From NCBI GenBank assembly GCA_018817715.1, contig JAHITT010000001.1, positions 109,781 to 173,780 on the forward strand: DNA of 64,000 nucleotides, written 5' to 3'. Positions 27,127-35,898 of this stretch are shown piece by piece (positions within the stretch are counted from its first letter, which is position 1; the number at the start of each line of letters is the position of its first letter). Below the pieces are notes generated by a model, which did not search any database, was not told the DNA's origin, and saw only the letters and a program-made list of their open reading frames with translations. The position numbers were made by a program, and so were the translations under genes. Source of the stretch: Patescibacteria group bacterium (GTDB lineage Bacteria; Patescibacteriota; Patescibacteriia; Veblenbacterales; UBA10138).

Positions 27127-29847
27127 CTAAATACTGCTAACCGATGATGGCACGGATAATTTTTTACTTTTGAAAAAAATAAATTTAACTACTTCCAAAA
27201 CCGCTATCAAAAATAAAGTAAAAAATAACACTATTGACCAATGCTCTAAGGTTAAAGGAACGGTATAAAAAACTTTTTGTAAAGGTGTCCAATAAACAAC
27301 CAACAACTGTAAGCCTAAACTTAATAAAACAGCTCCGACTAAAGATCTGTTATTCCAATTGCTTTTATGCCACAAAGGCACACCAAACTGTTTTAAGCTA
27401 AAGGCATAAAGCGGCGTGGAAACCGCCATTAAACTAAAAATAATAGTCCGCACAGTATCCTCCGACATCAACCAACCTGTTAAAACCATAAAAATAACTA
27501 AAGCTCCTAAACCTTTCAAAAGGCTAATACCGGCAATAACTAACCGATCTTTTAAATCTAAAATCGGCTGCTGACGAGAGATGGGTGGCTGTTCCATAAT
27601 TTCCGGCCGACCTGGATCGCTGGCCAAAGCTAAAGCGGGAAAAGTATCAGCTACTAAATTTATCCACAAAATTTGTGTAGCCAACAAAGGCAACCAGACC
27701 GGACCACCCCTAACCAAACTCCATAATAAAGCGCCAACTATTAAAACCACCTCAGCAAAACTATCTGACATTAAATATAATAAAACTTTACGAATATTAT
27801 TATAAATCGTCCGGCCTTCTTCCACCGCCGCCACGATAGTAGAAATATCATTGTTCAGCAATACCATATCGCTGGCTTCACGGGCTACATCCGTTCCCGC
27901 ACCAAAAGATATGCCAATATCGGCCGCTTGCAAAGCCGGCGCATCATTAACACCATCGCCAGTCATGGCTACTACTTCGCCTTGACCTTGTAAAGCCCTA
28001 ACTATATTTAATTTATCCTGAGGGGTAGCCCGAGCAATCACAGAAATTTCTTTTAAACTAATCGCTAAATCTTCCGCCGTCAAATCAGCTAATTCATAAC
28101 CATCTAAAATATTATTAGACTCAGCTTTAAGACCAGCCTGAATGGCAATGGCTTGGGCTGTAAGTTTATGATCACCAGTTATCATTATAATTCTTAAACC
28201 CGCCCGCTTGGCTTTAAGCAAAGTGTCACCTACTCCAACGCGCAATGGATCATTTAACACGGCCAAACCCAATAAAGTTAGATTGCTAAGATTATCTTCC
28301 GTAAGAATAAACTTTTTAGCCACCACGGTTTTTAGAGTCCGTTTGGTTAAAGCTAATAAGCGATAACCTTGTCCACTCATCTTAGCTATTAAATCCACAA
28401 AAGCCTGCTTTTTAGCCTGATCTAATTTTACAATTCCAGAAGTTATTTCCAAATCCACACACCTTTCCAATAATCTTTCTGGCGCTCCTTTAACGTACAA
28501 AATAACTTCTTTATCTTTTTTATGTAAAGAAGCCATCAATTTCCTTTCGGAATTAAAAGGCAAAACCTTAATTTGTGGCTGACTAGCTCGGCTTTGTTCT
28601 ATTAAAATACCCTGCTCTTCAGCCGCTAAATAAAGAGCTCTTTCTGTTGGACTACCCACGACAAAATACTCACCACTTTGAGTTTTATACTCTTTATAGG
28701 CATCAGAAACCATTACACCAGCTAACAATAAATTTTGAGCCGTAATATTTTCCGACAAGGGCTGAACTTCTGGCCAGCCTTCCAAATTCGGCAAAACTAA
28801 TTGACTTACCTTCATTTGGCCGGCCGTCAGGGTGCCTGTTTTATCAGCACAGATTACCGTAGTGGAACCTAATGTTTCAGCCGCCACTAATTTACGAACC
28901 AAAGATTGACGCTTTAAAATCCGACGCATACCCAAGGCTAAAATAGCGGTTACCAAAACCACCAAACCTTCTGGTACGGCTGACACGGCAATAGCCACAG
29001 CCAAAGTAAACATCTGCTGAAAACTATAAGAAAAACTTAATCCTAATAACAAAATCCCCAAACAAACAAACATGACTATTAAACCAATATACTTGGCTAA
29101 GCGCGCCAGTTTAACTTGCAAAGGAGTATCAGTTTCTTTAACTGCCAAAAGAAGTTGGGCAATATTACCCAATTGGGTATGATAACCAGTCGCTACCACC
29201 ACCGCTAAAGCGCGACCACGAGTTATAGTACTGCCCTGATAAACCATATTAAACCTTTCAGCCATCACTGTAGTAGCGGTTAATTTTCCTATTTTCTTTT
29301 TGATGGGCTCGGATTCACCAGTCAAAGCCGCTTCATTAGCTTCTAATTCTGTGGCCTGCAATAATCTGGCGTCGGCCGGCACTTTATCGCCCGGCTGTAA
29401 ATAAATAATATCTCCTGGTACCAAATCTTTAACTAATACCGCTGTATTACGACCGTCTCTTTTTAAACGAGCATAATCCTCCACGTAATTTTGTAATTCC
29501 TTAAGAGCATTAGCGGCTTTATATTCCTGTACAAAACCTACTGCTGCGTTAATAGCTACTGCTACCAAAATAACAAAACCATCTAACCAATCCTGCAAAG
29601 CCAAAGTAACCACCGCTGCCACTAATAAAATAATGACCAAAGCACTTTTAAATTGATTAAAAAACAAACTAAGTGCCCCAGGTTGCCGACGTTCTGGTAA
29701 AGAATTGGGGCCAACCCTAACCAAACGCACCAAAACCGATTGTTCTGACAAACCCTTTAACGAGCTTTTAAGTTCCTTTAAAATCTCACTAGCCGACAAA
29801 GCGTGCCAAGCTTTCGGCACGACTTTTAAATCTTCTAAACTGGGCAT
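27127..29847 (-). CDS. P-type cation-transporting ATPase (type II, Ca2+-ATPase-like)
   Basis: DKTGTLT phosphorylation site, TGDHKLTAQAIA, GDGVNDAPALQAADIGISFG, and 8-10 TM segments. Confidence 0.9.
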   Translation of the reverse strand: MPSLEDLKVVPKAWHALSASEILKELKSSLKGLSEQSVLVRLVRVGPNSLPERRQPGALSLFFNQFKSALVIILLVAAVVTLALQDWLDGFVILVAVAINAAVGFVQEYKAANALKELQNYVEDYARLKRDGRNTAVLVKDLVPGDIIYLQPGDKVPADARLLQATELEANEAALTGESEPIKKKIGKLTATTVMAERFNMVYQGSTITRGRALAVVVATGYHTQLGNIAQLLLAVKETDTPLQVKLARLAKYIGLIVMFVCLGILLLGLSFSYSFQQMFTLAVAIAVSAVPEGLVVLVTAILALGMRRILKRQSLVRKLVAAETLGSTTVICADKTGTLTAGQMKVSQLVLPNLEGWPEVQPLSENITAQNLLLAGVMVSDAYKEYKTQSGEYFVVGSPTERALYLAAEEQGILIEQSRASQPQIKVLPFNSERKLMASLHKKDKEVILYVKGAPERLLERCVDLEITSGIVKLDQAKKQAFVDLIAKMSGQGYRLLALTKRTLKTVVAKKFILTEDNLSNLTLLGLAVLNDPLRVGVGDTLLKAKRAGLRIIMITGDHKLTAQAIAIQAGLKAESNNILDGYELADLTAEDLAISLKEISVIARATPQDKLNIVRALQGQGEVVAMTGDGVNDAPALQAADIGISFGAGTDVAREASDMVLLNNDISTIVAAVEEGRTIYNNIRKVLLYLMSDSFAEVVLIVGALLWSLVRGGPVWLPLLATQILWINLVADTFPALALASDPGRPEIMEQPPISRQQPILDLKDRLVIAGISLLKGLGALVIFMVLTGWLMSEDTVRTIIFSLMAVSTPLYAFSLKQFGVPLWHKSNWNNRSLVGAVLLSLGLQLLVVYWTPLQKVFYTVPLTLEHWSIVLFFTLFLIAVLEVVKFIFFKSKKLSVPSSVSSI

Positions 29848-29858
29848 AAAAACTTCTT

Positions 29859-30009
29859 AATTACCTATTTTATTAAAATGATTAAAATTAAATTTCTTTT
29901 TAACATTTCCTTTATGTCTTTTTACCTGCTCTGCCTGTTGCACCTTAAAACGAGACGGCGTTCGGTAACGCGTCATAGGCTTATTGCTTTTGCTGGAATA
30001 ATTACGCAT
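29859..30009 (-). CDS. small basic ORF (50 aa) immediately upstream of the P-type ATPase
   Basis: MRNYSSKSNKPMTRYRTPSRFKVQQAEQVKRHKGNVKKKFNFNHFNKIGN. Its stop lies 12 nt before the ATPase ATG. Not in the ORF track (under 60 aa). Confidence 0.2.
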
Positions 30010-30075
30010 ACTATAATAATATAACACATCTTATAGTATTAAACTTACTTTTGTTTGTTTCAATAAGCTACTTTT

Positions 30076-31035
30076 ATGACTTGGTCAATTATTTTTTTAA
30101 TAATCGGTTTCGTCCTACTAATTAAAGGAGCTGATTTGCTGGTCGATGGCGCTTCTTCTTTAGCTAAACGACTTAAAATCCCAGCCTTAGTAATTGGTCT
30201 AACTATCGTGGCTTTCGGCACTTCCATGCCGGAACTTATTGTTAATTTATTAGCCAGCTTACGTGGCAATACAGATATTGCCATTGGCAACGTACTAGGT
30301 AGTAATATTTCTAACATCTTATTAATTATCGGCATAGCTTCTTTAATTTACCCTTTAGCTATTAAAACCAGTACAGTTTGGAAAGAAATCCCTTTAGCTC
30401 TTTTGGCCGTAGCTGCTTTAGGTATCCTAGCCAACGACAAATTAATAAATAAAGCTTCCATTAATATTATTGATGTATCTGATGGAATTATTTTAGGTTT
30501 ATTCTTTCTGATTTTTTTGTACTATGTTTTTGAAATTAGTCGCAATAAAACAAGCCCAGATGAGGTTGCTATAAAACAACTACCTATTAGCAAATCAATC
30601 GCCCTGGTAATAATCGGTATTATTGGTTTAAGCTTAGGTGGCAATTGGGTAGTTGATAGCGCCGTCGCCCTAGCTAAAAATTGGGGCATAAGCGAATCCT
30701 TAATCGGTTTAACCATTGTAGCCATTGGTACCAGCCTGCCTGAACTTTTTACCTCAGTCGTGGCTGCTTGGAAAAAGAATCCTGATATTGCCATTGGTAA
30801 CGTGGTTGGTAGTAATATTTTTAACATTTTGTGGATTGTCAGTGTTAGTGCCATAGTTAAACCCTTACCTTTTAACACCAGTTCTAATATAGATTTGGGC
30901 GTTACCATGCTCGCCACAATTTTGCTTTTTCTTTTTACCTTTATTGGACAAAAAAGAATTATTGAACGTTGGCAAGGCGCTTTATTCGTAATAAGTTATA
31001 TAGTTTATATTGTTTACTTAGTAATAAAAGGTTAA
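30076..31035 (+). CDS. Na+/Ca2+ exchanger (CaCA family, YrbG-like)
   Basis: Two alpha-repeat motifs GNVLGSNISNILLIIG and GNVVGSNIFNILWIV, about 10 TM segments. Confidence 0.85.
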   Translation: MTWSIIFLIIGFVLLIKGADLLVDGASSLAKRLKIPALVIGLTIVAFGTSMPELIVNLLASLRGNTDIAIGNVLGSNISNILLIIGIASLIYPLAIKTSTVWKEIPLALLAVAALGILANDKLINKASINIIDVSDGIILGLFFLIFLYYVFEISRNKTSPDEVAIKQLPISKSIALVIIGIIGLSLGGNWVVDSAVALAKNWGISESLIGLTIVAIGTSLPELFTSVVAAWKKNPDIAIGNVVGSNIFNILWIVSVSAIVKPLPFNTSSNIDLGVTMLATILLFLFTFIGQKRIIERWQGALFVISYIVYIVYLVIKG

Positions 31036-31104
31036 TAATCCCTTGATTATCTAAGAAGGTTCTGCTAAGATACGAAACGCACTTTAGTAACAGATTATAA
31101 ATAG

Positions 31105-31180
31105 GGGTCCATAGCTCAGCTGGTAGAGCAGCGGCCTTTTAAGCCGCGTGTCGTGGGTTCGAGCCCCACTGGACCCACCA
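31105..31180 (+). tRNA. tRNA-Lys (anticodon UUU), CCA encoded
   Basis: GGGTCCATAGCTCAGCTGGTAGAGCAGCGGCCTTTTAAGCCGC...GGTTCGAGCCCCACTGGACCCACCA, anticodon loop CTTTTAA. Confidence 0.85.
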
Positions 31181-31236
31181 TCCCGTCTGACGGGATTTAT
31201 TCGGTCTTACAACTCCATTCAATAGAATGGAGTTTT
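31181..31236 (+). terminator. two consecutive hairpins after tRNA-Lys (cccgtctgacggga; aactccattc-aatag-aatggagttttt)
   Basis: Inverted repeats, the second followed by a T-run. Confidence 0.5.
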
Positions 31237-31360
31237 TGATTATATGGGGATCGAAGGGTACGGATAAAAAGTGAACTGCTTCACTTTTTAGATGACCCCA
31301 GCTCTTTTTGGGAAAAATCGAGCCTTCTTCAAAGGAGAGTGCGAAATTTTGGGAAAAGAG

Positions 31361-31380
31361 GAGCCCCACTGGACCCACCA
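31361..31380. repeat. exact 20-nt direct repeat of the tRNA-Lys 3' end (gagccccactggacccacca), 200 nt downstream
   Basis: Identical to 31161-31180. Flanks differ. att-site-like. Confidence 0.75.
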
Positions 31381-31445
31381 ATACAAAACTGGCCGGGGAA
31401 AATTTTTAAAACCAATTCGTGGGTGGCTCGCGGAACCATTTTTTC

Positions 31446-32060
31446 TTACTCTCTGTCAGTAAACACTATGAGCCGACCGGAACTAGTTTTCTCCGCCTTA
31501 TTCCAAACTCCCGTGCAAGTAATTAGATTAAGATGCGCTTTTCCGTCGCTTGAGTCAAACACATCAGAAGCATCCTCATTTTTGTCATATATCTGAATTT
31601 CGCGGACAACAAAAATAATATTCACCCCTTTTTCATCTTCAACAGATATTTTGTCACCTTTGCGTAGTTTATATAAATTATCAAATACCGCCGGCAGGTC
31701 ATTCTTCCAGCTGTAATGCCCGGCAATAACGGAACTACCACTCTGCCCGGGACGCGGCCCAAGATTAAACCATGCTACTTTAACAGGGTCTTTTGGTACG
31801 TCCATTGCTCCGTCGGATGTAAGACCCACATACTCAATTGGAGCATCAACATTTATACTTGGAATTTTGAGACGCTCTGGTAATCCAACGTTTGCTTGTT
31901 CTAAGTTTGGAATAGTGACGACATTTTCAACAAGCATTGCCGAGCCATTTTGAGTTGAGCTTTTAGGTAAAAAATACAAAAGAAATACGATAAAAAGAGT
32001 TAATCCTGAAAGGATAACTATTGATAATAATGTTCGTTTTGATAAAATTTTTAATTGCAT
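31446..32060 (-). CDS. sortase family transpeptidase
   Basis: N-terminal TM anchor, catalytic TLITCTG (TLxTC) motif and conserved Arg near the C-terminus. Start set at MQLK (32060), downstream of the terminator hairpin of the preceding gene. Confidence 0.7.
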   Translation of the reverse strand: MQLKILSKRTLLSIVILSGLTLFIVFLLYFLPKSSTQNGSAMLVENVVTIPNLEQANVGLPERLKIPSINVDAPIEYVGLTSDGAMDVPKDPVKVAWFNLGPRPGQSGSSVIAGHYSWKNDLPAVFDNLYKLRKGDKISVEDEKGVNIIFVVREIQIYDKNEDASDVFDSSDGKAHLNLITCTGVWNKAEKTSSGRLIVFTDRE

Positions 32061-32082
32061 AAATTTTACAAAAGGTTCATGA

Positions 32083-32125
32083 CCACAAATGCCAGACAAA
32101 AATTTGTCTGGCATTTGCTCATTAG
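32083..32125 (-). terminator. terminator hairpin after the LPXTG protein gene
   Basis: caaatgccagacaaa-...-tttgtctggcatttg inverted repeat. Confidence 0.5.
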
Positions 32126-32143
32126 TTTTTCTCAATGCTTAGA

Positions 32144-33199
32144 CTAAACCGTTTGTTTTCTTCGAACAAAGTAGAAAAAAATTGAGACCGCAAAGACGCC
32201 CGCCAGGATGACGATATTCCAGGGAGTACCTTTCTCGTCAAAACCAATTCCCGTATTTGGTAGTTTTGGAGAGACTACTAGAAGTGGAGGTGTAGGAGTT
32301 ATTGTGGGTGTTGGAGTTGGTGTAGGAGTTATTGTGGGTGTTGGAGTTGGTGTAGGAGTTATTGTGGGTGTTGGAGTTGGTGTAGGAGTTATTGTGGGTG
32401 TTGGAGTTGGTGTAGGAGTTATTGTGGGTGTTGGAGTTGAAACAGTAGGAATCGAAACAATATCAGCATCAAGAGTGACTGCGGTTTGAGCAAGAGCTCT
32501 ACCATTTAGTGTTGCACCAGTGTTTAACACAATTGCTGTTTGATCCAATATATTTCCACTAAAGTTAGAGCCTGTTCCGAGTGTAGTTTGGCCTGCAACC
32601 TGCCAGAATATATTAGAAGCCTGTGCACCACCACTAAGGACAACTTTCACAGAGGAGCTTACAGTAAGAGTTTGTGCTATCTGGAAAATCCAAACATCAT
32701 TTGCGCCACCAGAAAGAGTAACGTCTGTTGGTATTGTTACACCAGTGCTCCATTTATAAAGTCCTGGAGCAAGGGTCATTCCCCCAATGTTTCCTGCTCC
32801 TAATTCAGTAGCCGTCGGATTTATTCTTCCAGCAGCATCTGTATAGGCAGTTTCCATATCATTTATAGCTGTAACCATTTTAGCAGGTGTAGGAGACATA
32901 TAATCAGCAGCATATGCTTTTCCGGTCACTAGAGCTGACGTCGAAAATGTATTCGAAGCATCTATTGTTAACCCAAAACCAGTCATAGCAGTTGCGCTGA
33001 TTGGACTTACCCCAATATCTCCAGTAATTGAGGTGGCTCCAGTGGTTGAAATTCCTGATTTTGTCAAAATAACAAAATCACCCGCTGATCCAAGATTTAC
33101 TGTGGCTGGACCAGCCGCGAATACAGTAATTGCTGAAGTGATAAACATTAAGAAAACAACCAACGTAGTTATTATTGAATTTTTATTAATTTTTTTCAT
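32144..33199 (-). CDS. LPXTG-anchored surface protein with DUF3494 (ice-binding-protein-like beta-helix) domain and (TPTPTPTI)x5 linker
   Basis: Signal peptide. LGSAGDFVILTKSGISTTGATSITGDIGVSPISATAMTGF matches the DUF3494/IBP family. The C-terminus carries LPNTG, a hydrophobic stretch and RRKQTV. Confidence 0.65.
   Translation of the reverse strand: MKKINKNSIITTLVVFLMFITSAITVFAAGPATVNLGSAGDFVILTKSGISTTGATSITGDIGVSPISATAMTGFGLTIDASNTFSTSALVTGKAYAADYMSPTPAKMVTAINDMETAYTDAAGRINPTATELGAGNIGGMTLAPGLYKWSTGVTIPTDVTLSGGANDVWIFQIAQTLTVSSSVKVVLSGGAQASNIFWQVAGQTTLGTGSNFSGNILDQTAIVLNTGATLNGRALAQTAVTLDADIVSIPTVSTPTPTITPTPTPTPTITPTPTPTPTITPTPTPTPTITPTPTPTPTITPTPPLLVVSPKLPNTGIGFDEKGTPWNIVILAGVFAVSIFFYFVRRKQTV
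32285..32442. repeat. tandem repeat, 30-nt unit x ~5 (encodes PTPTPTITPT on the minus strand)
   Basis: gtaggagttattgtgggtgttggagttggt repeated head-to-tail. Confidence 0.85.
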
Positions 33200-33282
33200 A
33201 AATTTTTATAAATGATTATTTTTGATTATTAAGACCTTTCTCGTAACTTACTTATCTTGTGATAGTATTAAACACTTGTTTT

Positions 33283-33477
33283 TTAGATGAAGTCATCGAC
33301 CTTTACATTAAGCGCTTTCGCTATTTTCTTGAGTGTATCGAGTGTTGGGTTCTGGTTCCTGCCGGTTTCAATTTTTACAATCGTATTAAGGGCGACATCG
33401 GCCAATCGCGCTAATTTTTCTTGAGATAACCCTTTGACTTCTCTTAACTTTCTTAACTTTTTAGCGATATTTGACAT
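33283..33477 (-). CDS. XRE-family helix-turn-helix transcriptional regulator (64 aa)
   Basis: LRKLREVKGLSQEKLARLADVALNTIVKIETGRNQNPTLDTLKKIAKALNV. Confidence 0.7.
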   Translation of the reverse strand: MSNIAKKLRKLREVKGLSQEKLARLADVALNTIVKIETGRNQNPTLDTLKKIAKALNVKVDDFI

Positions 33478-33772
33478 AATGCTATTTATAATTAGTGGAT
33501 AAAATATTAACTGTACTACAGTTAAACTATCTTAATACTACACCTATGGTTAAATACTGTCAAGTAGTTAATTTTAATACTATCGATAACTTTACTGTAA
33601 GTTTATTAGGTGGCTATACCACGCACAACTCCATATTTTCTTGCGGTGCATTTTGCTTTGTAAAATACAAATCCCATCGGCGCGAAAAGCGAGTGGTAGT
33701 GGGGCGAAGTGTTCGTCCGTTTCAGAAATTTTTGCTAAAATAGGTTTAAGCGTGGTTGTATAAATATACCAC

Positions 33773-33812
33773 AAAAAAATTACAGTACTTTTAAAGTACT
33801 GTAATTTTTTGT
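33773..33812. terminator. bidirectional rho-independent terminator
   Basis: Perfect palindrome aattacagtacttt-aaagtactgtaatt, flanked by A6 and T6 runs. Confidence 0.65.
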
Positions 33813-33846
33813 TGTAGTGACTTACTTTACAAAATTAAACCTCTTA

Positions 33847-34368
33847 CTAATTTCTATCCGGCAAAGCTAATAGCTTTAACAACAATTCCCTAGTTACCTG
33901 CACATCAGCCAAAGCCCGATGAGCAGTTGGTTGGGATATGGAAAAATGCTTGGCTAAATATCCTAAATTATAACTACCAATCATAACTTTAGCTTTAGCC
34001 AAATCTAAAGTATCTAAAACTGGATTACTCAACGGCGGTAAACCTAAATCGCTTAAATGTTTGTTAATAAAAGATAAATCAAACTTGGCATTATGCGCCA
34101 CCAAAGTTGCCCCAGAGGCAAACAACATAAAAGCCGGTATTACCTCTATTAAAGGCTTGCCTTGATTTAAAATCATCTCATTGGTTATACCATGAATGGC
34201 CACAGCCTCGGCTTCCACTCGTCGATTAGGATTAACTATGGTATCAAAAGAATCTACCACCTTATTCTGTTTTAACTTTTCCGCAGCCAACTCAACTATG
34301 GCATGGCCCGCTTTAGGATCCATACCAGTTGTTTCCACATCAAAAATAACATATTCAATATCCGACAT
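33847..34368 (-). CDS. DnaQ-like 3'-5' exonuclease (DEDDh)
   Basis: YVIFDVETTG (Exo I), HNAKFDLSF (Exo II), HRALADVQVT (Exo III). Start set at MSDIEY. Confidence 0.75.
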   Translation of the reverse strand: MSDIEYVIFDVETTGMDPKAGHAIVELAAEKLKQNKVVDSFDTIVNPNRRVEAEAVAIHGITNEMILNQGKPLIEVIPAFMLFASGATLVAHNAKFDLSFINKHLSDLGLPPLSNPVLDTLDLAKAKVMIGSYNLGYLAKHFSISQPTAHRALADVQVTRELLLKLLALPDRN

Positions 34369-34487
34369 AACTATAAGTATTTTAGCCGACCAGACTAATA
34401 AAAGCCAATAATTAAACTGCTTGTGAACAAATTGTGTATTCAGCACCCTTGCCCCTTAAGACCTTATCTGTGTAAAATAACGCTACT

Positions 34488-35873
34488 ATGAATAAACCAT
34501 CTACAGCTATTCGGGCTGATAAAATGCCGCCACAAAATCTGGAAGCTGAAATATCCACTTTAGGCGCCCTATTATTAGACAAAGATGCTATTGTTAAAAT
34601 AGCTGATATTTTAGAACCTAATGATTTTTATAAAGATGCTCATGGTGATATTTACGAAGCCATGGTGCAACTATATGAAGCCCGCACGCCAATTGATATT
34701 TTGTCTTTATCCAGCCGTTTGCAAGAAAAAGGCAAGCTGGAAAGTATTGGCGGCCACAGCTTCTTGTCCAGCCTAGCGGAAAGCGTTCCCACGGCTAGCC
34801 ATGTAGTACACTACGCCAAAATAGTCCAACGCAAAAGTACTTTGCGACGCATGTTATCAGCCGCTGCCGAAATTACCGGCCTAGGTTACCAAGAAACCGA
34901 TGACATTGAAGACTTACTAGACCAAGCCGAAAGAAAACTTTACGGCATTTCCCAAAAATATTATCGGGAAAATTTTATTCCGATTAAACACGTTCTTAAT
35001 GAAGCTTTTGACCGTATAGATGAATTACACAAAGAATCGGGTAAATTAAGAGGCCTGGCCACCGGCTTTACCGATTTGGATAATATTCTGGCTGGTTTGC
35101 AAAAATCCGACTTGGTTGTTTTAGCCGCCCGACCCAGTGTTGGTAAAACCGCCCTGGCTTTAGATATAGCCCGCCAAATCGCCACCAAACAAAAAATACC
35201 AGTGGGCATTTTTTCTTTAGAAATGTCCAAAGAACAACTAGTTGATCGCCTGTTGTGCTCCGAAGCCAATGTAGATATGTGGCGCATGCGTACTGGCAAA
35301 CTTTCCGAACGAGAAGACGATTTTCCCCGCATTGGCCATGCTATGGGCGTACTATCGGAAGCACCAATTTTTATAGATGATTCAGCTACTGCTAATATAA
35401 TGGAAATAAGAGCCAAAGCCAGACGTTTACAAATGGAACATGGTTTAGGCCTTATTATGGTGGATTACTTACAATTAATGGAAGGACGCTCAGCAGAAAA
35501 TCGCGTGCAAGAAGTGGCCGAAATAACCCGCGGCCTAAAAGCCTTGGCCCGCGAACTTAATGTACCAGTACTAGCTTTGTCGCAGTTATCTCGTGCCGTA
35601 GAAATGAGTAAACCAGCCATACCTAAACTAGCTCACTTAAGAGAATCTGGTTCTATTGAACAGGATGCCGACGTAGTAATGTTTATTTATCGCAAAGCCG
35701 CTGATAAAAACTACCAAACCGAAGATTTACTACCTGAAGAAAAAAATATCGCCGAAATTCACATTGCCAAACATCGTAATGGTCCAACTGGCTTAGTAAA
35801 ATTGTTCTTCAACGAGGCCTATGTTAGTTTTAAAAGTTTAGAAAAAAAATCGACTACTCCCCCTCCTCAATAA
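34488..35873 (+). CDS. dnaB: replicative DNA helicase DnaB
   Basis: N-terminal DnaB domain and RecA-like core with Walker A ARPSVGKTALALDIA. 461 aa. Confidence 0.9.
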   Translation: MNKPSTAIRADKMPPQNLEAEISTLGALLLDKDAIVKIADILEPNDFYKDAHGDIYEAMVQLYEARTPIDILSLSSRLQEKGKLESIGGHSFLSSLAESVPTASHVVHYAKIVQRKSTLRRMLSAAAEITGLGYQETDDIEDLLDQAERKLYGISQKYYRENFIPIKHVLNEAFDRIDELHKESGKLRGLATGFTDLDNILAGLQKSDLVVLAARPSVGKTALALDIARQIATKQKIPVGIFSLEMSKEQLVDRLLCSEANVDMWRMRTGKLSEREDDFPRIGHAMGVLSEAPIFIDDSATANIMEIRAKARRLQMEHGLGLIMVDYLQLMEGRSAENRVQEVAEITRGLKALARELNVPVLALSQLSRAVEMSKPAIPKLAHLRESGSIEQDADVVMFIYRKAADKNYQTEDLLPEEKNIAEIHIAKHRNGPTGLVKLFFNEAYVSFKSLEKKSTTPPPQ

Positions 35874-35898
35874 AAATTATTAAATAACCATTATAACT

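Noticed and set aside
25700-27805. ORFs 25700-25918(+) and 27581-27805(+)
   Set aside because: Antisense within the SIMPL gene and the P-type ATPase gene.
30060-30917. ORFs 30060-30335(-) and 30522-30917(-) antisense to the CaCA exchanger gene
   Set aside because: Embedded antisense within a well-supported membrane transporter CDS. Hydrophobic codon bias gives long antisense frames.
31139-31596. ORFs 31139-31381(-) and 31339-31596(+)
   Set aside because: The first overlaps tRNA-Lys and the direct-repeat spacer. The second overlaps the 3' end of the sortase gene on the opposite strand. No supporting motifs.
32208-32489. 93-aa plus-strand ORF encoding GVGVGVIVGV repeats
   Set aside because: It is the antisense reading of the (TPTPTPTI)n tandem repeat inside the minus-strand LPXTG protein gene, a repeat-induced artefact.
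33495-33774. ORFs 33495-33743(+) and 33592-33774(-) in the long intergenic region
   Set aside because: They overlap each other and have no motifs. The region is better explained as non-coding or structured RNA (see finding). Kept open as the refutation condition.
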